Virus record (IMG/VR): IMGVR_UViG_3300005573_000064
Span: 32,001-96,000 of that record
Length of the DNA stretch: 64,000 nucleotides
Strand: one strand, 5' to 3'
From: a virus
The notes under the pieces are model-generated. The model worked only from the letters and a program-made list of their open reading frames with translations, was not told the DNA's origin and did no database searches. Shown here piece by piece: positions 1-10,090 of the stretch (its first letter is position 1; every line of letters starts with the position of its first letter). Both the position numbers and the translations under genes were made by a program.

Positions 1-873
1 ATGGTCGGCTCTACGTTTCAGATAATCGTCAAAATCCCCGGCACTTTGCCCGTGAAGATCCGCAAGTTCGGTGTACAGTCTTTGCATTTCACTGCACACC
101 GCCATGCTTTCCTTGAGGCGCTTTATTTTTTCAGAGTCCAGCTTATCGGGGTCTTGCGCCAGCATCTCCTTGATCTTATCCTGAATGGACTCCTTCACCC
201 GTCTGTAGTGGTGGGACTCAAGTATCGCATCGCCATGAAGCCTTGTATGGTATTCCAGTCCGTCATCCACCGAATGCGCTCCGCTTTCGTCATAGTCGAA
301 CAAACTGGGCAGTCTCATGGGCATCGAGGCGGGTCCGTTGGATCCTCCGGAATCATCGATATCGCCCATCTTATCAGAACCGCCAATCTCCTTGGCCTTT
401 GCACTCTCCTTGGCGACCTTCGAGGCTAGGGCCGAATGAATCCTGGCTGAGTCCAGAAAAGCCTGGGCCCTCCTATTATGAAAGTCCCCCATCTTCTCGT
501 GCACGAACATGGCGGCTTCGATTAACGGATCCTTCATGTCTGCCGCTTCGTTATCCAGTTCCGGATCCGTAATTATGGGGTCCTGAGGCGTGGCCAGCCC
601 GTTGGAGTAGGAGGGCGGATCACTCATGTTCTCGGCACTCTTTGGCGTGAACTGCAAAGGATTGCCCGGATTGGGAACGATTGGAGGAACCTGAGCCTTG
701 GCCGGACCGGTTCCGGTGTCTCTCGCCTTTTTCATCAGGTCGTAGTGCCTGGCCGCTATCTTTTGATCCTGCGTGTAAAATTTAATGGCGTACTTTGAGG
801 CCGCTGTATGGGATATTCGGCCCAGGTTCCCGGTTCCATATCTGGCGGGAAGATAGGAATATGATTTACTCAC
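1..873 (-). CDS. Hypothetical protein, 3'-truncated by the window edge (>=291 aa), absent from the supplied ORF track
   Basis: Manual translation: GTG at 873 preceded by AAGGAG overlapping the upstream stop. Frame is open to position 1 (MSKSYSYLPARYGTGNLG...DDYLKRRADH). Confidence 0.8.
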   Translation of the reverse strand, partial: MSKSYSYLPARYGTGNLGRISHTAASKYAIKFYTQDQKIAARHYDLMKKARDTGTGPAKAQVPPIVPNPGNPLQFTPKSAENMSDPPSYSNGLATPQDPIITDPELDNEAADMKDPLIEAAMFVHEKMGDFHNRRAQAFLDSARIHSALASKVAKESAKAKEIGGSDKMGDIDDSGGSNGPASMPMRLPSLFDYDESGAHSVDDGLEYHTRLHGDAILESHHYRRVKESIQDKIKEMLAQDPDKLDSEKIKRLKESMAVCSEMQRLYTELADLHGQSAGDFDDYLKRRADH

Positions 874-883
874 GATTTTCTCC

Positions 884-1303
884 TTAGGCTCTGGCCACGC
901 TTAGTTCGCCCTCCACGAGGTCAAGGGCTACTGACAAGGCGGTGCGCCTTCCGTTATACGTTATTACAACAACCAACAATATTGTCGAACTGTTTACAGG
1001 TATTGGTGTGATGGCTATGTTCGAGGCGTTTAAAAACCCGTCATGGGTCAAGGCGTTCGTAGCCAGAGTCACCATGGTCATGGCGGTGCTCGAGCTATTG
1101 GGTTCCCCGATCACGCTTTCCAGGGAGGCTCCGCACTCCGGAGCCAGAACCCAATCCCCGGCTACGGTCTTCAATCTGAACATGGCTTCCTGAATGACCG
1201 TATCCGAACCCTCCACGAACAGGAAATCCCCGTTAGGCCCTATGGAGGGCTCCCCGGTGGTATCCATAGCTATGTCATTTAAAAGATCAGGATTTAGGTA
1301 CAT
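884..1303 (-). CDS. Baseplate wedge protein, gp25/GPW-like
   Basis: 139 aa; pattern 'GDFLFVEGSDTVIQEAMFRLKTVAGDWVLAPECGASLESVIGEPN' is typical of gp25/DUF2634-like proteins; lies downstream of the spike-like genes. Confidence 0.8.
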   Translation of the reverse strand: MYLNPDLLNDIAMDTTGEPSIGPNGDFLFVEGSDTVIQEAMFRLKTVAGDWVLAPECGASLESVIGEPNSSSTAMTMVTLATNALTHDGFLNASNIAITPIPVNSSTILLVVVITYNGRRTALSVALDLVEGELSVARA

Positions 1304-1820
1304 TCAATTCCTCAAGTAATTTGGAGAGTCTGCTTATCTCTTTTATTGTTTCATTATTTTGCACGGGCTTAAGAAACAAGGGCTTTCTGCTCATTAAATC
1401 GGTTAACGGTATGGATGACTGGCCTTCCTGAGGAACTCCCACTATAACGTTAGTCGACAATCCCATATCGGTGAACGTGAGAGGGGATACTGCAAGCTCG
1501 GGATTGTTCCCAAGCCACCCTTGATTAAGCTGTGAGCTGTTTATGGAAAAGGACGGGGTCAGAATATTCGTTCTCGTATTGGACAGAAGAAAGGCTTGCG
1601 ATGCCGAGGCGACCGTTCCATTGTCACCGTCCAGGAAAAATCCGCAATTTCCGGCCGCGAGTTCGAGTATTCCATCCTCCCTAAGATGAACGCTGACATT
1701 CTCGGCAATGTTAACCAGTGACACCTCATCCGGGCGTGTCATGTGAGCGGTGCTTTTGAACGCGCTTAGTCTTTCGGAAAGAGGTGTCGCCAGGTTTTTC
1801 ACAACGCTTTTAATATCCAT
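1287..1820 (-). CDS. Putative baseplate spike-associated protein
   Basis: 177 aa with short beta-strand periodicity (SVHLREDGILELAAGNCGFFLDGDNGTV); sits between a spike-like gene and the gp25-like gene. Confidence 0.45.
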   Translation of the reverse strand: MDIKSVVKNLATPLSERLSAFKSTAHMTRPDEVSLVNIAENVSVHLREDGILELAAGNCGFFLDGDNGTVASASQAFLLSNTRTNILTPSFSINSSQLNQGWLGNNPELAVSPLTFTDMGLSTNVIVGVPQEGQSSIPLTDLMSRKPLFLKPVQNNETIKEISRLSKLLEELNVPKS

Positions 1821-2161
1821 CAGCCCTGAGGCGCTCCGTTTCTAGGGAGTTTTTGGTTTGTGAATTCATCAGGCTCCTTGCTAAGAATGGAGGATATCCC
1901 GGAGTAGGTGTAGTTTCCGTGTATGGAATGAAGAATCACTCGTTTTCCGGGCCTCGGCTTGCTTGGGTTGACGCCTTCGAATATGGGAAGGGAGGATCCC
2001 ACTATTCGTATGAAGCCGTTTCCGCTTGGGTTTTGGATGGTGACCGTTGCGGTGTTCTTGACGCCATCCACATCCTCCACTCTTCCGATAATGGAGGGTG
2101 ACCGTTTCCCCACCTCGTTCTGTATCAGACCTTCCAGTTTTTTTCTAAGTTCACCAGCCAT
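1820..2161 (-). CDS. Putative baseplate spike OB-fold (gp5/gpV N-terminal-like) protein
   Basis: 113 aa; 'IIGRVEDVDGVKNTATVTI...PSKPRPGKRVIL' resembles the gpV/gp5 OB fold; baseplate context. Confidence 0.55.
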   Translation of the reverse strand: MAGELRKKLEGLIQNEVGKRSPSIIGRVEDVDGVKNTATVTIQNPSGNGFIRIVGSSLPIFEGVNPSKPRPGKRVILHSIHGNYTYSGISSILSKEPDEFTNQKLPRNGAPQG

Positions 2162-2179
2162 TTCAATCTCCTCCCGTAT

Positions 2180-2187
2180 ATTATAGC
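2180..2187 (-). promoter_or_regulatory. Putative phage promoter -10 element (GCTATAAT)
   Basis: In the short intergenic gap just upstream of the RBS of 1820..2161; the same motif occurs in several other intergenic gaps. Confidence 0.55.
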
Positions 2188-2200
2188 ACGAACCGTAAGC

Positions 2201-5200
2201 CTATCGCCCGAATTGAGACTCTCGTGTCGCTAGCCAGGTATCCCATCCGATTTGGTTTGGTTGCGTTTTCAGCACCGATGAGGCGAAGCCCTGCGCTATT
2301 GTCGGGATAAGCTCTATATGCACCTTGTCGGTCGAAGCGATCGGGAACCACAGGTTATATTTCCGCGCCTCGGAGTGCACATAACTCCATGCGCTCGAGG
2401 GTGAGACGTTTAGGTCTGCGGCCATCCCGAACCCATGCCCGGAATATCCCGGGCGTGCGGCCACCTTCTCGTTCTCATGATGACTAAGATATATGGCGTT
2501 TTGTTCGGCCCATCCCCTGTACCCCGAGGTGACTGTTATGATTATGTTCTGTTTTCTCATGTCCTCTATGAATCTGCTCAGGTTCGTGGCGAAGGTGGGA
2601 TTAAGATCCGCAAGGTCCGGATGCGTTCCCGGGGTTACCGGCAATCTATAAATCGAGGACGTTTTATTACTTGAGTAATCCATGTTGGGATTATTCACAG
2701 CAGGGCTCGAAGGCGTGGAGGTGTTGGAAGTATTCCCGCCATCGAACAGGTAATCGTAGTTGCTCTGCGGATTACTCATGCCCTGGCTGCTGGCCGCCAA
2801 TCGGTTATTCAAGGAGGTCATGTAGCTATTCCAGGCATCGGTGTTAGGCTTCGTCAGCTTGTTTTTTATAAAGTCCTCGGAACTTGAGAAGTTGGTGTGC
2901 AACGGGTTTTGCATGGTCGCTCCGGGGAAAACGAAGTTCATGACCCAGGGAATGATCTCCCCGATTATGCCATGCTCCTCTCTTCCGTAGCTTGTAGAGA
3001 ATATTGAGGCCCACCAGGCGTCCCCCAGCGAGATGGGGTCGCCAACTACGCTGCCCAAATGTCCTTCTATTCCGGCCGAGAATTCAAACCCATTGACTTG
3101 AAGAGGCATTATGACCAGGCACTTCTTAGCCGCCAGGTATCTGCCTATCATATCTCCCAGGGACGAAGTTATGACCAGCGCGCCTAACTGAACAAGCAGA
3201 GGAATAATGCCAACCCCGGTTGCCCCCTCCGCAACGTCCGAACCCACTTGCGTTCCGACATCGATACCTTCGGTTACAGCCTTCTCACCTTCGGTTACAG
3301 CGGTCTCACCTTGGGTTACAGCGGTCTCACCTTGGGTTACAGCAGTCTCACCTTCGGTTACAGCAGTCTCACCTTCGGTTACAGCAGTCTCACCTTGGGT
3401 TACAGCGGTCTCACCTTGGGTTACAGCGGTCTCACCTTGGGTTACAGCGGTCTCACCTTCGGTTGGAAGTATGGTCTCGTCCGGAGCCGCTGCCTCGCCA
3501 CCCCCTCCGGTGTCCGGTGAAGTGGCGGTGTTGGTATCGGTTGAGGCGTTGGCGTTCGCCTGCGCTCCCTCGGGCGTGGTCGCCCTTCTGGGCTCCTCCG
3601 AGCCTAGGCCGTACCTTTCAATATCCCTGTAGACTGACTTTATTATACCTTTAGCGGCATCGGAAAGACCCTCCCATCCCTTCTTGATAAGGCCCAGAAT
3701 TTTACTTCCCGTAGGCGAGTCAGCACCCTTGTTTATGGCGTCCTTTATACCCTGGCCCATATCCCTAATGGTTTTTCTAGCGTTCAGAAGGTCATCAACA
3801 GGTTTTACACCCGTCTCCGAAGGAGTAGCCTCAGGATCTCCGGCTATTGTTTCGAAGGCTTTTTGCGCTTTTCCCGCAACCGCCTCTTTTATAGCCTGCG
3901 GCCTTCCCGTAATCCATCTCACTATTCTGGACTCCAGCCCCCACCTGCTGAAAGCTTTCAGTATTGTTCCAATCGCGATCAGGTAAAGCCGAGCCGAGAC
4001 TACGGTCATGCCGAATCTGGCCAGTGACATCCACACTCCGGTATCCATGCCGCTGGCCACCGAGACAAGACAATCCGGAGACACAAGGGTTATGTAGCCG
4101 GTTTCCAGGGATAGCTGTGTTATAACCTCCTTCACCTGAAACATGCCGTTCATCAATTTTCCACGATCCATGAAATAGACGTAATCCCACGGCCACATGT
4201 AAGGATCACCGGCTATCATGCTGTAGCCCTGATACATATCGGCAACGGCATCCCTGAGAGTCATGGCCGAGTACATGTTAGCCGCATGACACACCACGTT
4301 TATCGGAGTGAACCAGGTGAAGGCTCTCTGCAGACCCTCCCACCCGTAACCGGGTCCGGATAATAGACCGGATTGTATGACCTCACCTTTTCTAACCTGG
4401 GGATATATGTCATCATCCACATGCATAACGTCCGCATACACCATTGCGCTGCCCCACGCTCCGCCATAGATATATTTGGACTGACACTCGGTAAGCACGT
4501 TATCCGAGGAGGCCGTTATGTCGCTGGAAATAAGATTATAACCTGACGAGATCACATGGAACTGGGAAAAAGCCTTGCTCTCCATTAGGGTGGTGTAATC
4601 CGGATCCGTATCTTGAAGAACATCGACACCATCCACATAGTAATCCTTGGCGGCAGTGGATCCGGTTTGAGGGTTGGGTGCGGATACATTATACTGAAAC
4701 GGGTTCTCCGTCATATACTTGTACTTATAGTAATAGGGGAACCAGTCCCTGCCATAGAATAGGGTTGACCTATACTCGAAAGGACGCACAGCGAGAATGA
4801 AGTCGCTAACAGCCATACGGCAGGTTTCCGCTATCCCCCACGGGCTGGCGGATTCCATTTCTATGCCTATGAGAGTCTGGCCATGTAGCGCGGCTATGGA
4901 GCCATTTATGGTGTACCAATTCTCAGCGGCATAGCTTTTATTATTGGGGTCCTGGGTGCTCTCGTAAAGATTCACTCCGCATTCGCCCAGACTGTAACTT
5001 CCATAAGCGCGAAAGTCCAGGTTTCCAAAGTCGACAATACCGTAAGGGTTGTCCGTCATCCATCTTGCATGCGTTAACGTTTCAATAATGCTCGAAGTCG
5101 GGGAGAATAGCTGACCGATAATGTTTCTAGGCTCGATCCCGTGAAAGTTGAACAACCCCGTATTCTGCCAGACCTGATGGGAGTCTATCGGGTCGCTTAT

Positions 5201-8200
5201 CCAGTGACCGTCATTCCTGCTAGCCTCCTTGACAAGTTCAGCGCCATCGCCCAAAGCCACCACTTCGCAGATATCGGAAGCCGTGGGGACTTCGGAAACG
5301 GTGCCGTTAAATCTGACGGGATATTGAGAGGCGTCACTACCGTATCCGACTCTGATATGAATGCGAACACCGGGACGCAGGGCGAGCATCTTAGCCCACT
5401 GCTCCCTTCTTGCCTCAAGATCGGGGGTTACCTGGCTAGTGAAAAACTGTTTAATTCCATTTATCCACGACTCGAAGGTGTCCGTTGTTCTAGTGTCCTG
5501 CATCTTCTGGAGCTCGATCATCGCGGCCATTGAATTAAGTCTGTTATAGAGATTGGAGAATGCCAAAGTGGCCACGTCAACGGGATCCTTTCTGGTTTGG
5601 ACTATGCTAATCGATATCACGGAGGACATCCCGTAGAAATGGTCGCTAAGTCTTTCTATGCCAACCCACATGCCACCATCCACAAGTTGAACAAGATAGG
5701 ACGGAAACGCCCCGACAAGCCTGCCGATGTACTCCTTCTTTTGGAAGTCGTGAAACATAGGCCGAAACTTCATAGGCAGTGTTGAGGGCGCGGGAGGGTT
5801 AAGAGCCCCGGGTTTTTTCGAGTAAAGATAATCGTATATGTTTGCCGCCTTGGACGGATCGGGAAAAGCTGCCGGAGTGATATCCGTGTATACAGTGTAA
5901 CCATACCACTCCTTGTTTCCGTTTTCAGGCTCCGTAGGATATGGATATCCGTTATGCATATTCGATGAATCGACCAGGTTGCTCTTGGGCGTGGTCGTCT
6001 CATTATCCGGGTATATCGGTATGTTGGTAGGGAGACAGGGTAGGATAGCCAGTCTCGCCTCCCCTTGAAGAGGCTCCCACTTTTTAGTTCCGGGGAAGTA
6101 TTTTTCAAGAACAACATTCCAAGGGGATGTCTTCTTTTCGCCTTTGGGAGTGGCGAAGAGCCTAGTCTCCATTTGGCATAGATGGTATCTGTAAATACTG
6201 TCAAGGCCTATCTGACCGGATTCCAGCATTTGGAGGTATCTGGCCGCCTCGGGCTTCGGGATCCCAGCGTTGCTTATAACCTCCTCGTATATCTTCTTAC
6301 CGGAGGGGGACGTTCGAGAGGGGTTGTTTATCGGACTGCTCTTCGAGTATACGTTATTCCACAAACTGGCGAAGGCCATTACACCGGGGGTGTACCCGGC
6401 CCCGCCCATTTCACCAGCACCGAAATTGATACCGCGATAGCCCTGAACTCCGTTAGCCTGCATGGTCCAGGGGTCGTTTGAAAAAGCCGCCATCTTTCCA
6501 GCAATCAGGAGAATGCCGGCTAGGACGTTGGCCACGGGGTCGTAGTTGTTATTCCTCAAAGCATCGTACGCGTTATCAGGAGGCGGACCGCTTGAATCCA
6601 TGCCAAGCGGAGGCTCCCCCGGGCCCTTCCCGGTGTACTGGTTAAGCTCCCTGGCGATAGCCGGAGCGTCCTGGCTGAAACTTACCGACATCAGGCCCTT
6701 GTGGCTTCCACCTCCCCCGCTACCGGATCTCACACCACCATCGGATTCCGCAAGTATTACTCCTAGAATAAGGCCCGGATCAAGATGGTTGGCCACGTCC
6801 TGGGAAATCCCCCATTGCGTGGGATTTGTCTTTATCAGGTGAAGAAGAGGGGTTACGATTTTATTGTCAAGATCCACTGCATTGTAAATTTGCGGGGTTG
6901 ATTTTCTATTTAGGAATTCGTTGACCCTGCTGGCCAGGGCTGGATGGTCTTTAATCACCTCGTTGTAATTTGACGTGGCGTAACTCGGATCGGTTTGGAC
7001 GCCCAGCACCGGATAGCCGTTCCAGACGGGGGCGTCTCTTCCGGCCTCCATTTGAAGAAGTGACAGGCCATCCAAGGTCTGGCCCCAGTATCGCTCGGCA
7101 TACTCGGTGTCAACCGGGGTGTTTCCATAGTGACTCGAGGAATACCGCTCGGAGGACTGTTTTCCCGCCAATATGGTTTGATAGGCGGAGCTGAGGTCAA
7201 GCTGTTGCTGAGCGTAAGCTTCACCGCTATCCTCAGTGGGCGTGGAGGAGGATATGTGACTTCCCGCCTTGTGTATGGCTTGAATACCAAAACTATCCGT
7301 CAGCAGCATATGTGCGTAACCTTTGGGGGAGTTGGCCTTGGCCGATGGCCTGTTCAACTCCTCCGTAGGGACTTCAACTCCGAAGTTCGCATCCACAAGC
7401 TCGGAGGCCCAGGTCGTGGGCTGAACCGCAGGCACACAGAAAAAGTCAGGCTCCGCATATCCCATGGGGTCGTTGGATGGGGCCATCATCATTATATTTT
7501 CCAGGGTGTGCTTGTTCACACTCATGACGGACCGCATGGACTTAAGAAGCTTCCTATCCTCAGGGTCATCAGGGTCCTTTCCGGTGTGGGCCCAGTCTCT
7601 TAGAATGGTTATCCAATGGTCCAGCTTGACTTTTGAAGGCAGGCACATATCCGGATACATCTCCACCATCCTAAGTCTGGCGTCAAGCAGCGACATACGC
7701 CACTCCTTCATTGCCGAACCCTCGTGAATATCCTGCATAAGAGGGTCGGCTTGAGTAAGAGGACGGTAGAAATTACCCAGGACTTTCTCAAGATATTCCG
7801 GCTTATCGGCATTCTCGGCCATTACCTGTGCCAACTTATCCTGTGGAATTCCGGTGGCCAGGGACAAGCTCCAGTTGGTTATAAGCTTGTCCATAACATC
7901 AAACTCCTCTCTTCTCATTTGGGTGGGGCTATATTCCATGATATCCAGCTGATAGGAATACAGGTGAGGAAAGCCGTCCACGGTGGAGACAGAGAAGTTA
8001 ATAGGTATGAAATGAAGGAGGCCCAGGGAGTTTATAAGGCTGTTCTTAATACCGAAAAACCCGGGATACGGAATGTCCCACTCCATGGTTCTATAGTATC
8101 GGCCCAGTTCTCTTACCTCGTCCAGCATGGCGCGAAGCAATTCCAAATCTCTCTCCCCCGCAAGAATGCCTTGAATGGATACGAAGCCATCCCCCCCACC

Positions 8201-10090
8201 TAGATACTGATGTCTGGGTAACGGAGCGTCCTCGACTTGAAGAGTGGACAGGTGACTGGCGAACTGAACTGTTACCGAGCTTACGGTGGACATGGGGCTT
8301 AAGGCGTAATAGTCCATGTCCACGATGTCGTTTATGGTCTTGGAGGTTGAGGAGTTCAGCGCCTGCCATACATACGTCCAGACTGCGGAGTTCATGGGAA
8401 TCAGGAACCATAAGTTCGAGTACTCCGACTTCGAAGCTCCGTATGTTTGGTTTTTTGCAGCGACTCTTAAAGCCTCCGCTTTGGCCATTTTCTCCTTATC
8501 GCTCAATTGATTCGACAGGGTTATGTCGTTTATGGTGAGAGACGTGGCGGACTTGTACCCGCTCCTTAACGCTGCCGACTCATACACTTGGATATCCGCA
8601 GAGGTCAAGGCGTGCAGAACATTTCTATCGGATTGAAACTGAAGGAGTGCGAAGGGCTGACCATTGGCCATAAGTGTAACCACTGGGGATTTATCCACCC
8701 TCTCCCATTTGTAAACCCCACTCCTAAGGTTTTGAAGGGCCTTAAGAACCACGGACGAATCCCTGTCAAGAACGGTCTGATTTCCTCCCGGACCTAGTTG
8801 CACCTTGTAACTCCCGGATGACAGGTTCTGACTGAGCACCGACTTGGACGGTCCCCTCCCCGGCACCGGAGTGGTTGGAACGTTCTGAGTGGGTAGTTGA
8901 GACTTGTCAATCAGGGCTTGTTTTCTTGGGATTGAAAAGACCAGATTGGAGTTGAGGCCTGAGTCCTTCGAGGAAAGGGGTGTCGGGCATCTCCTGCCTT
9001 TTACCACATCCTCGCACCACACCTTGAATAACGGCCAGCAAAAGCTTTCCTGATAGCTGCTATTCATGGGAAGGTAGCTCTTCCAGTCAAAGGGCTCGGC
9101 ATCGATGGAGACGGCAATGCCCCCGGGTATTCCCTCAAGGGATGAGATCACGACATCCCTTATGGCCAGCGCGTCAATATTCCAGGATGAATTCAAAAAC
9201 ACATTAGTGACGGGAAGAAACGGCATCCTGTTATATTGCTGAAGGATGGGAATCACAACCTCGTTATATTGTCTTTCTCCTATTGAGGAGAACTCTATTT
9301 GCACTCTTTGTATGGTGTTGTAGTCTACACTGTTAAGATCACCCTGGGATCTTAGAATGTCAACGGCCACCACCCCGTTCTCGGTGGTTATCGTTATGGA
9401 TTTGGGAGGGATGAGAAGGGTCACGTAGCCCAGCCTGAAATAGTTCATCGGGTCATAAAATCTAGCATCCTCTATCGGCAAGTCTATGGGAAATATCGCG
9501 GGCTGAGCCACCGGGGCTGCCGGGTCATAGGTCATAGTCTTCGGAGTGGTCTTATTCGAAGGGTGCTTATTGGAGGAGTCCATCAGGCTCTTCGTCTTAG
9601 GTGTTGAAGGTGCGGACTTTGAGTTTGAGCCCAGGTATGTTGGAGGCCATACGCCATCCACCGGGGATATGACCACACGGCCGGGCGCCTCCGTTAGAGG
9701 GGGAACCTGTCCTTTAATTGATTGACCGTAGATAGTGATGGCGTAAACACCGCCCGGAATTAGCGGCTCGGTTCGAGTCGGGGAGGACCCCATGAGCTTG
9801 ATGGTGAATACCGAGGACACCTGGGACGGCTGATTCTCGCTCGGCCACCGTCCCGGTGATTTGGACAATATCGCCTCATATTCGGATTTAGTATCGCACC
9901 ATTCGGATATTGAGCCGGGAGGGGAGGGGGAGTTGGCCGGAGTTGCGAATATCGGAGTTTGCGTGGCGTCATTTGATATAAGCGTAATCGGGCCCGAAGC
10001 GTCAATAACCGACTCCGGTTCCGCTCTGTAGAACACTCCGATTCCGTTATTGGAGCTTTGATAGATGCCGTATATTACAGTGTTAGCCAT
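2201..10090 (-). CDS. Giant baseplate hub / tail-associated lysin (2629 aa) with an SLT-like domain and a C-terminal M15-family peptidase
   Basis: SLT-like motifs 'GVILAESDGG...KGLMSV...YDPVANVLAG' (~6490-6800); hub-like 'LRPGVRIHIRVGYGSD...FNGTVSEV'; M15 motifs 'TSGYR..AEQ', 'SGHGFGMAAD', 'DKVHIEL' (~2270-2620); directly upstream of the spike and gp25-like genes. Confidence 0.75.
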   Translation of the reverse strand: MANTVIYGIYQSSNNGIGVFYRAEPESVIDASGPITLISNDATQTPIFATPANSPSPPGSISEWCDTKSEYEAILSKSPGRWPSENQPSQVSSVFTIKLMGSSPTRTEPLIPGGVYAITIYGQSIKGQVPPLTEAPGRVVISPVDGVWPPTYLGSNSKSAPSTPKTKSLMDSSNKHPSNKTTPKTMTYDPAAPVAQPAIFPIDLPIEDARFYDPMNYFRLGYVTLLIPPKSITITTENGVVAVDILRSQGDLNSVDYNTIQRVQIEFSSIGERQYNEVVIPILQQYNRMPFLPVTNVFLNSSWNIDALAIRDVVISSLEGIPGGIAVSIDAEPFDWKSYLPMNSSYQESFCWPLFKVWCEDVVKGRRCPTPLSSKDSGLNSNLVFSIPRKQALIDKSQLPTQNVPTTPVPGRGPSKSVLSQNLSSGSYKVQLGPGGNQTVLDRDSSVVLKALQNLRSGVYKWERVDKSPVVTLMANGQPFALLQFQSDRNVLHALTSADIQVYESAALRSGYKSATSLTINDITLSNQLSDKEKMAKAEALRVAAKNQTYGASKSEYSNLWFLIPMNSAVWTYVWQALNSSTSKTINDIVDMDYYALSPMSTVSSVTVQFASHLSTLQVEDAPLPRHQYLGGGDGFVSIQGILAGERDLELLRAMLDEVRELGRYYRTMEWDIPYPGFFGIKNSLINSLGLLHFIPINFSVSTVDGFPHLYSYQLDIMEYSPTQMRREEFDVMDKLITNWSLSLATGIPQDKLAQVMAENADKPEYLEKVLGNFYRPLTQADPLMQDIHEGSAMKEWRMSLLDARLRMVEMYPDMCLPSKVKLDHWITILRDWAHTGKDPDDPEDRKLLKSMRSVMSVNKHTLENIMMMAPSNDPMGYAEPDFFCVPAVQPTTWASELVDANFGVEVPTEELNRPSAKANSPKGYAHMLLTDSFGIQAIHKAGSHISSSTPTEDSGEAYAQQQLDLSSAYQTILAGKQSSERYSSSHYGNTPVDTEYAERYWGQTLDGLSLLQMEAGRDAPVWNGYPVLGVQTDPSYATSNYNEVIKDHPALASRVNEFLNRKSTPQIYNAVDLDNKIVTPLLHLIKTNPTQWGISQDVANHLDPGLILGVILAESDGGVRSGSGGGGSHKGLMSVSFSQDAPAIARELNQYTGKGPGEPPLGMDSSGPPPDNAYDALRNNNYDPVANVLAGILLIAGKMAAFSNDPWTMQANGVQGYRGINFGAGEMGGAGYTPGVMAFASLWNNVYSKSSPINNPSRTSPSGKKIYEEVISNAGIPKPEAARYLQMLESGQIGLDSIYRYHLCQMETRLFATPKGEKKTSPWNVVLEKYFPGTKKWEPLQGEARLAILPCLPTNIPIYPDNETTTPKSNLVDSSNMHNGYPYPTEPENGNKEWYGYTVYTDITPAAFPDPSKAANIYDYLYSKKPGALNPPAPSTLPMKFRPMFHDFQKKEYIGRLVGAFPSYLVQLVDGGMWVGIERLSDHFYGMSSVISISIVQTRKDPVDVATLAFSNLYNRLNSMAAMIELQKMQDTRTTDTFESWINGIKQFFTSQVTPDLEARREQWAKMLALRPGVRIHIRVGYGSDASQYPVRFNGTVSEVPTASDICEVVALGDGAELVKEASRNDGHWISDPIDSHQVWQNTGLFNFHGIEPRNIIGQLFSPTSSIIETLTHARWMTDNPYGIVDFGNLDFRAYGSYSLGECGVNLYESTQDPNNKSYAAENWYTINGSIAALHGQTLIGIEMESASPWGIAETCRMAVSDFILAVRPFEYRSTLFYGRDWFPYYYKYKYMTENPFQYNVSAPNPQTGSTAAKDYYVDGVDVLQDTDPDYTTLMESKAFSQFHVISSGYNLISSDITASSDNVLTECQSKYIYGGAWGSAMVYADVMHVDDDIYPQVRKGEVIQSGLLSGPGYGWEGLQRAFTWFTPINVVCHAANMYSAMTLRDAVADMYQGYSMIAGDPYMWPWDYVYFMDRGKLMNGMFQVKEVITQLSLETGYITLVSPDCLVSVASGMDTGVWMSLARFGMTVVSARLYLIAIGTILKAFSRWGLESRIVRWITGRPQAIKEAVAGKAQKAFETIAGDPEATPSETGVKPVDDLLNARKTIRDMGQGIKDAINKGADSPTGSKILGLIKKGWEGLSDAAKGIIKSVYRDIERYGLGSEEPRRATTPEGAQANANASTDTNTATSPDTGGGGEAAAPDETILPTEGETAVTQGETAVTQGETAVTQGETAVTEGETAVTEGETAVTQGETAVTQGETAVTEGEKAVTEGIDVGTQVGSDVAEGATGVGIIPLLVQLGALVITSSLGDMIGRYLAAKKCLVIMPLQVNGFEFSAGIEGHLGSVVGDPISLGDAWWASIFSTSYGREEHGIIGEIIPWVMNFVFPGATMQNPLHTNFSSSEDFIKNKLTKPNTDAWNSYMTSLNNRLAASSQGMSNPQSNYDYLFDGGNTSNTSTPSSPAVNNPNMDYSSNKTSSIYRLPVTPGTHPDLADLNPTFATNLSRFIEDMRKQNIIITVTSGYRGWAEQNAIYLSHHENEKVAARPGYSGHGFGMAADLNVSPSSAWSYVHSEARKYNLWFPIASTDKVHIELIPTIAQGFASSVLKTQPNQIGWDTWLATRESQFGR
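3266..3463. repeat. In-frame 21-bp tandem repeat (9 full copies plus a partial), encoding T(E/Q)GETAV
   Basis: Unit tacagc(g/a)gtctcacctt(c/g)ggt read directly from the sequence. Confidence 0.95.

Noticed and set aside
3207-3654. Three repetitive plus-strand ORFs
   Set aside because: They are a by-product of the stop-free 21-bp tandem repeat in the minus-strand gene.
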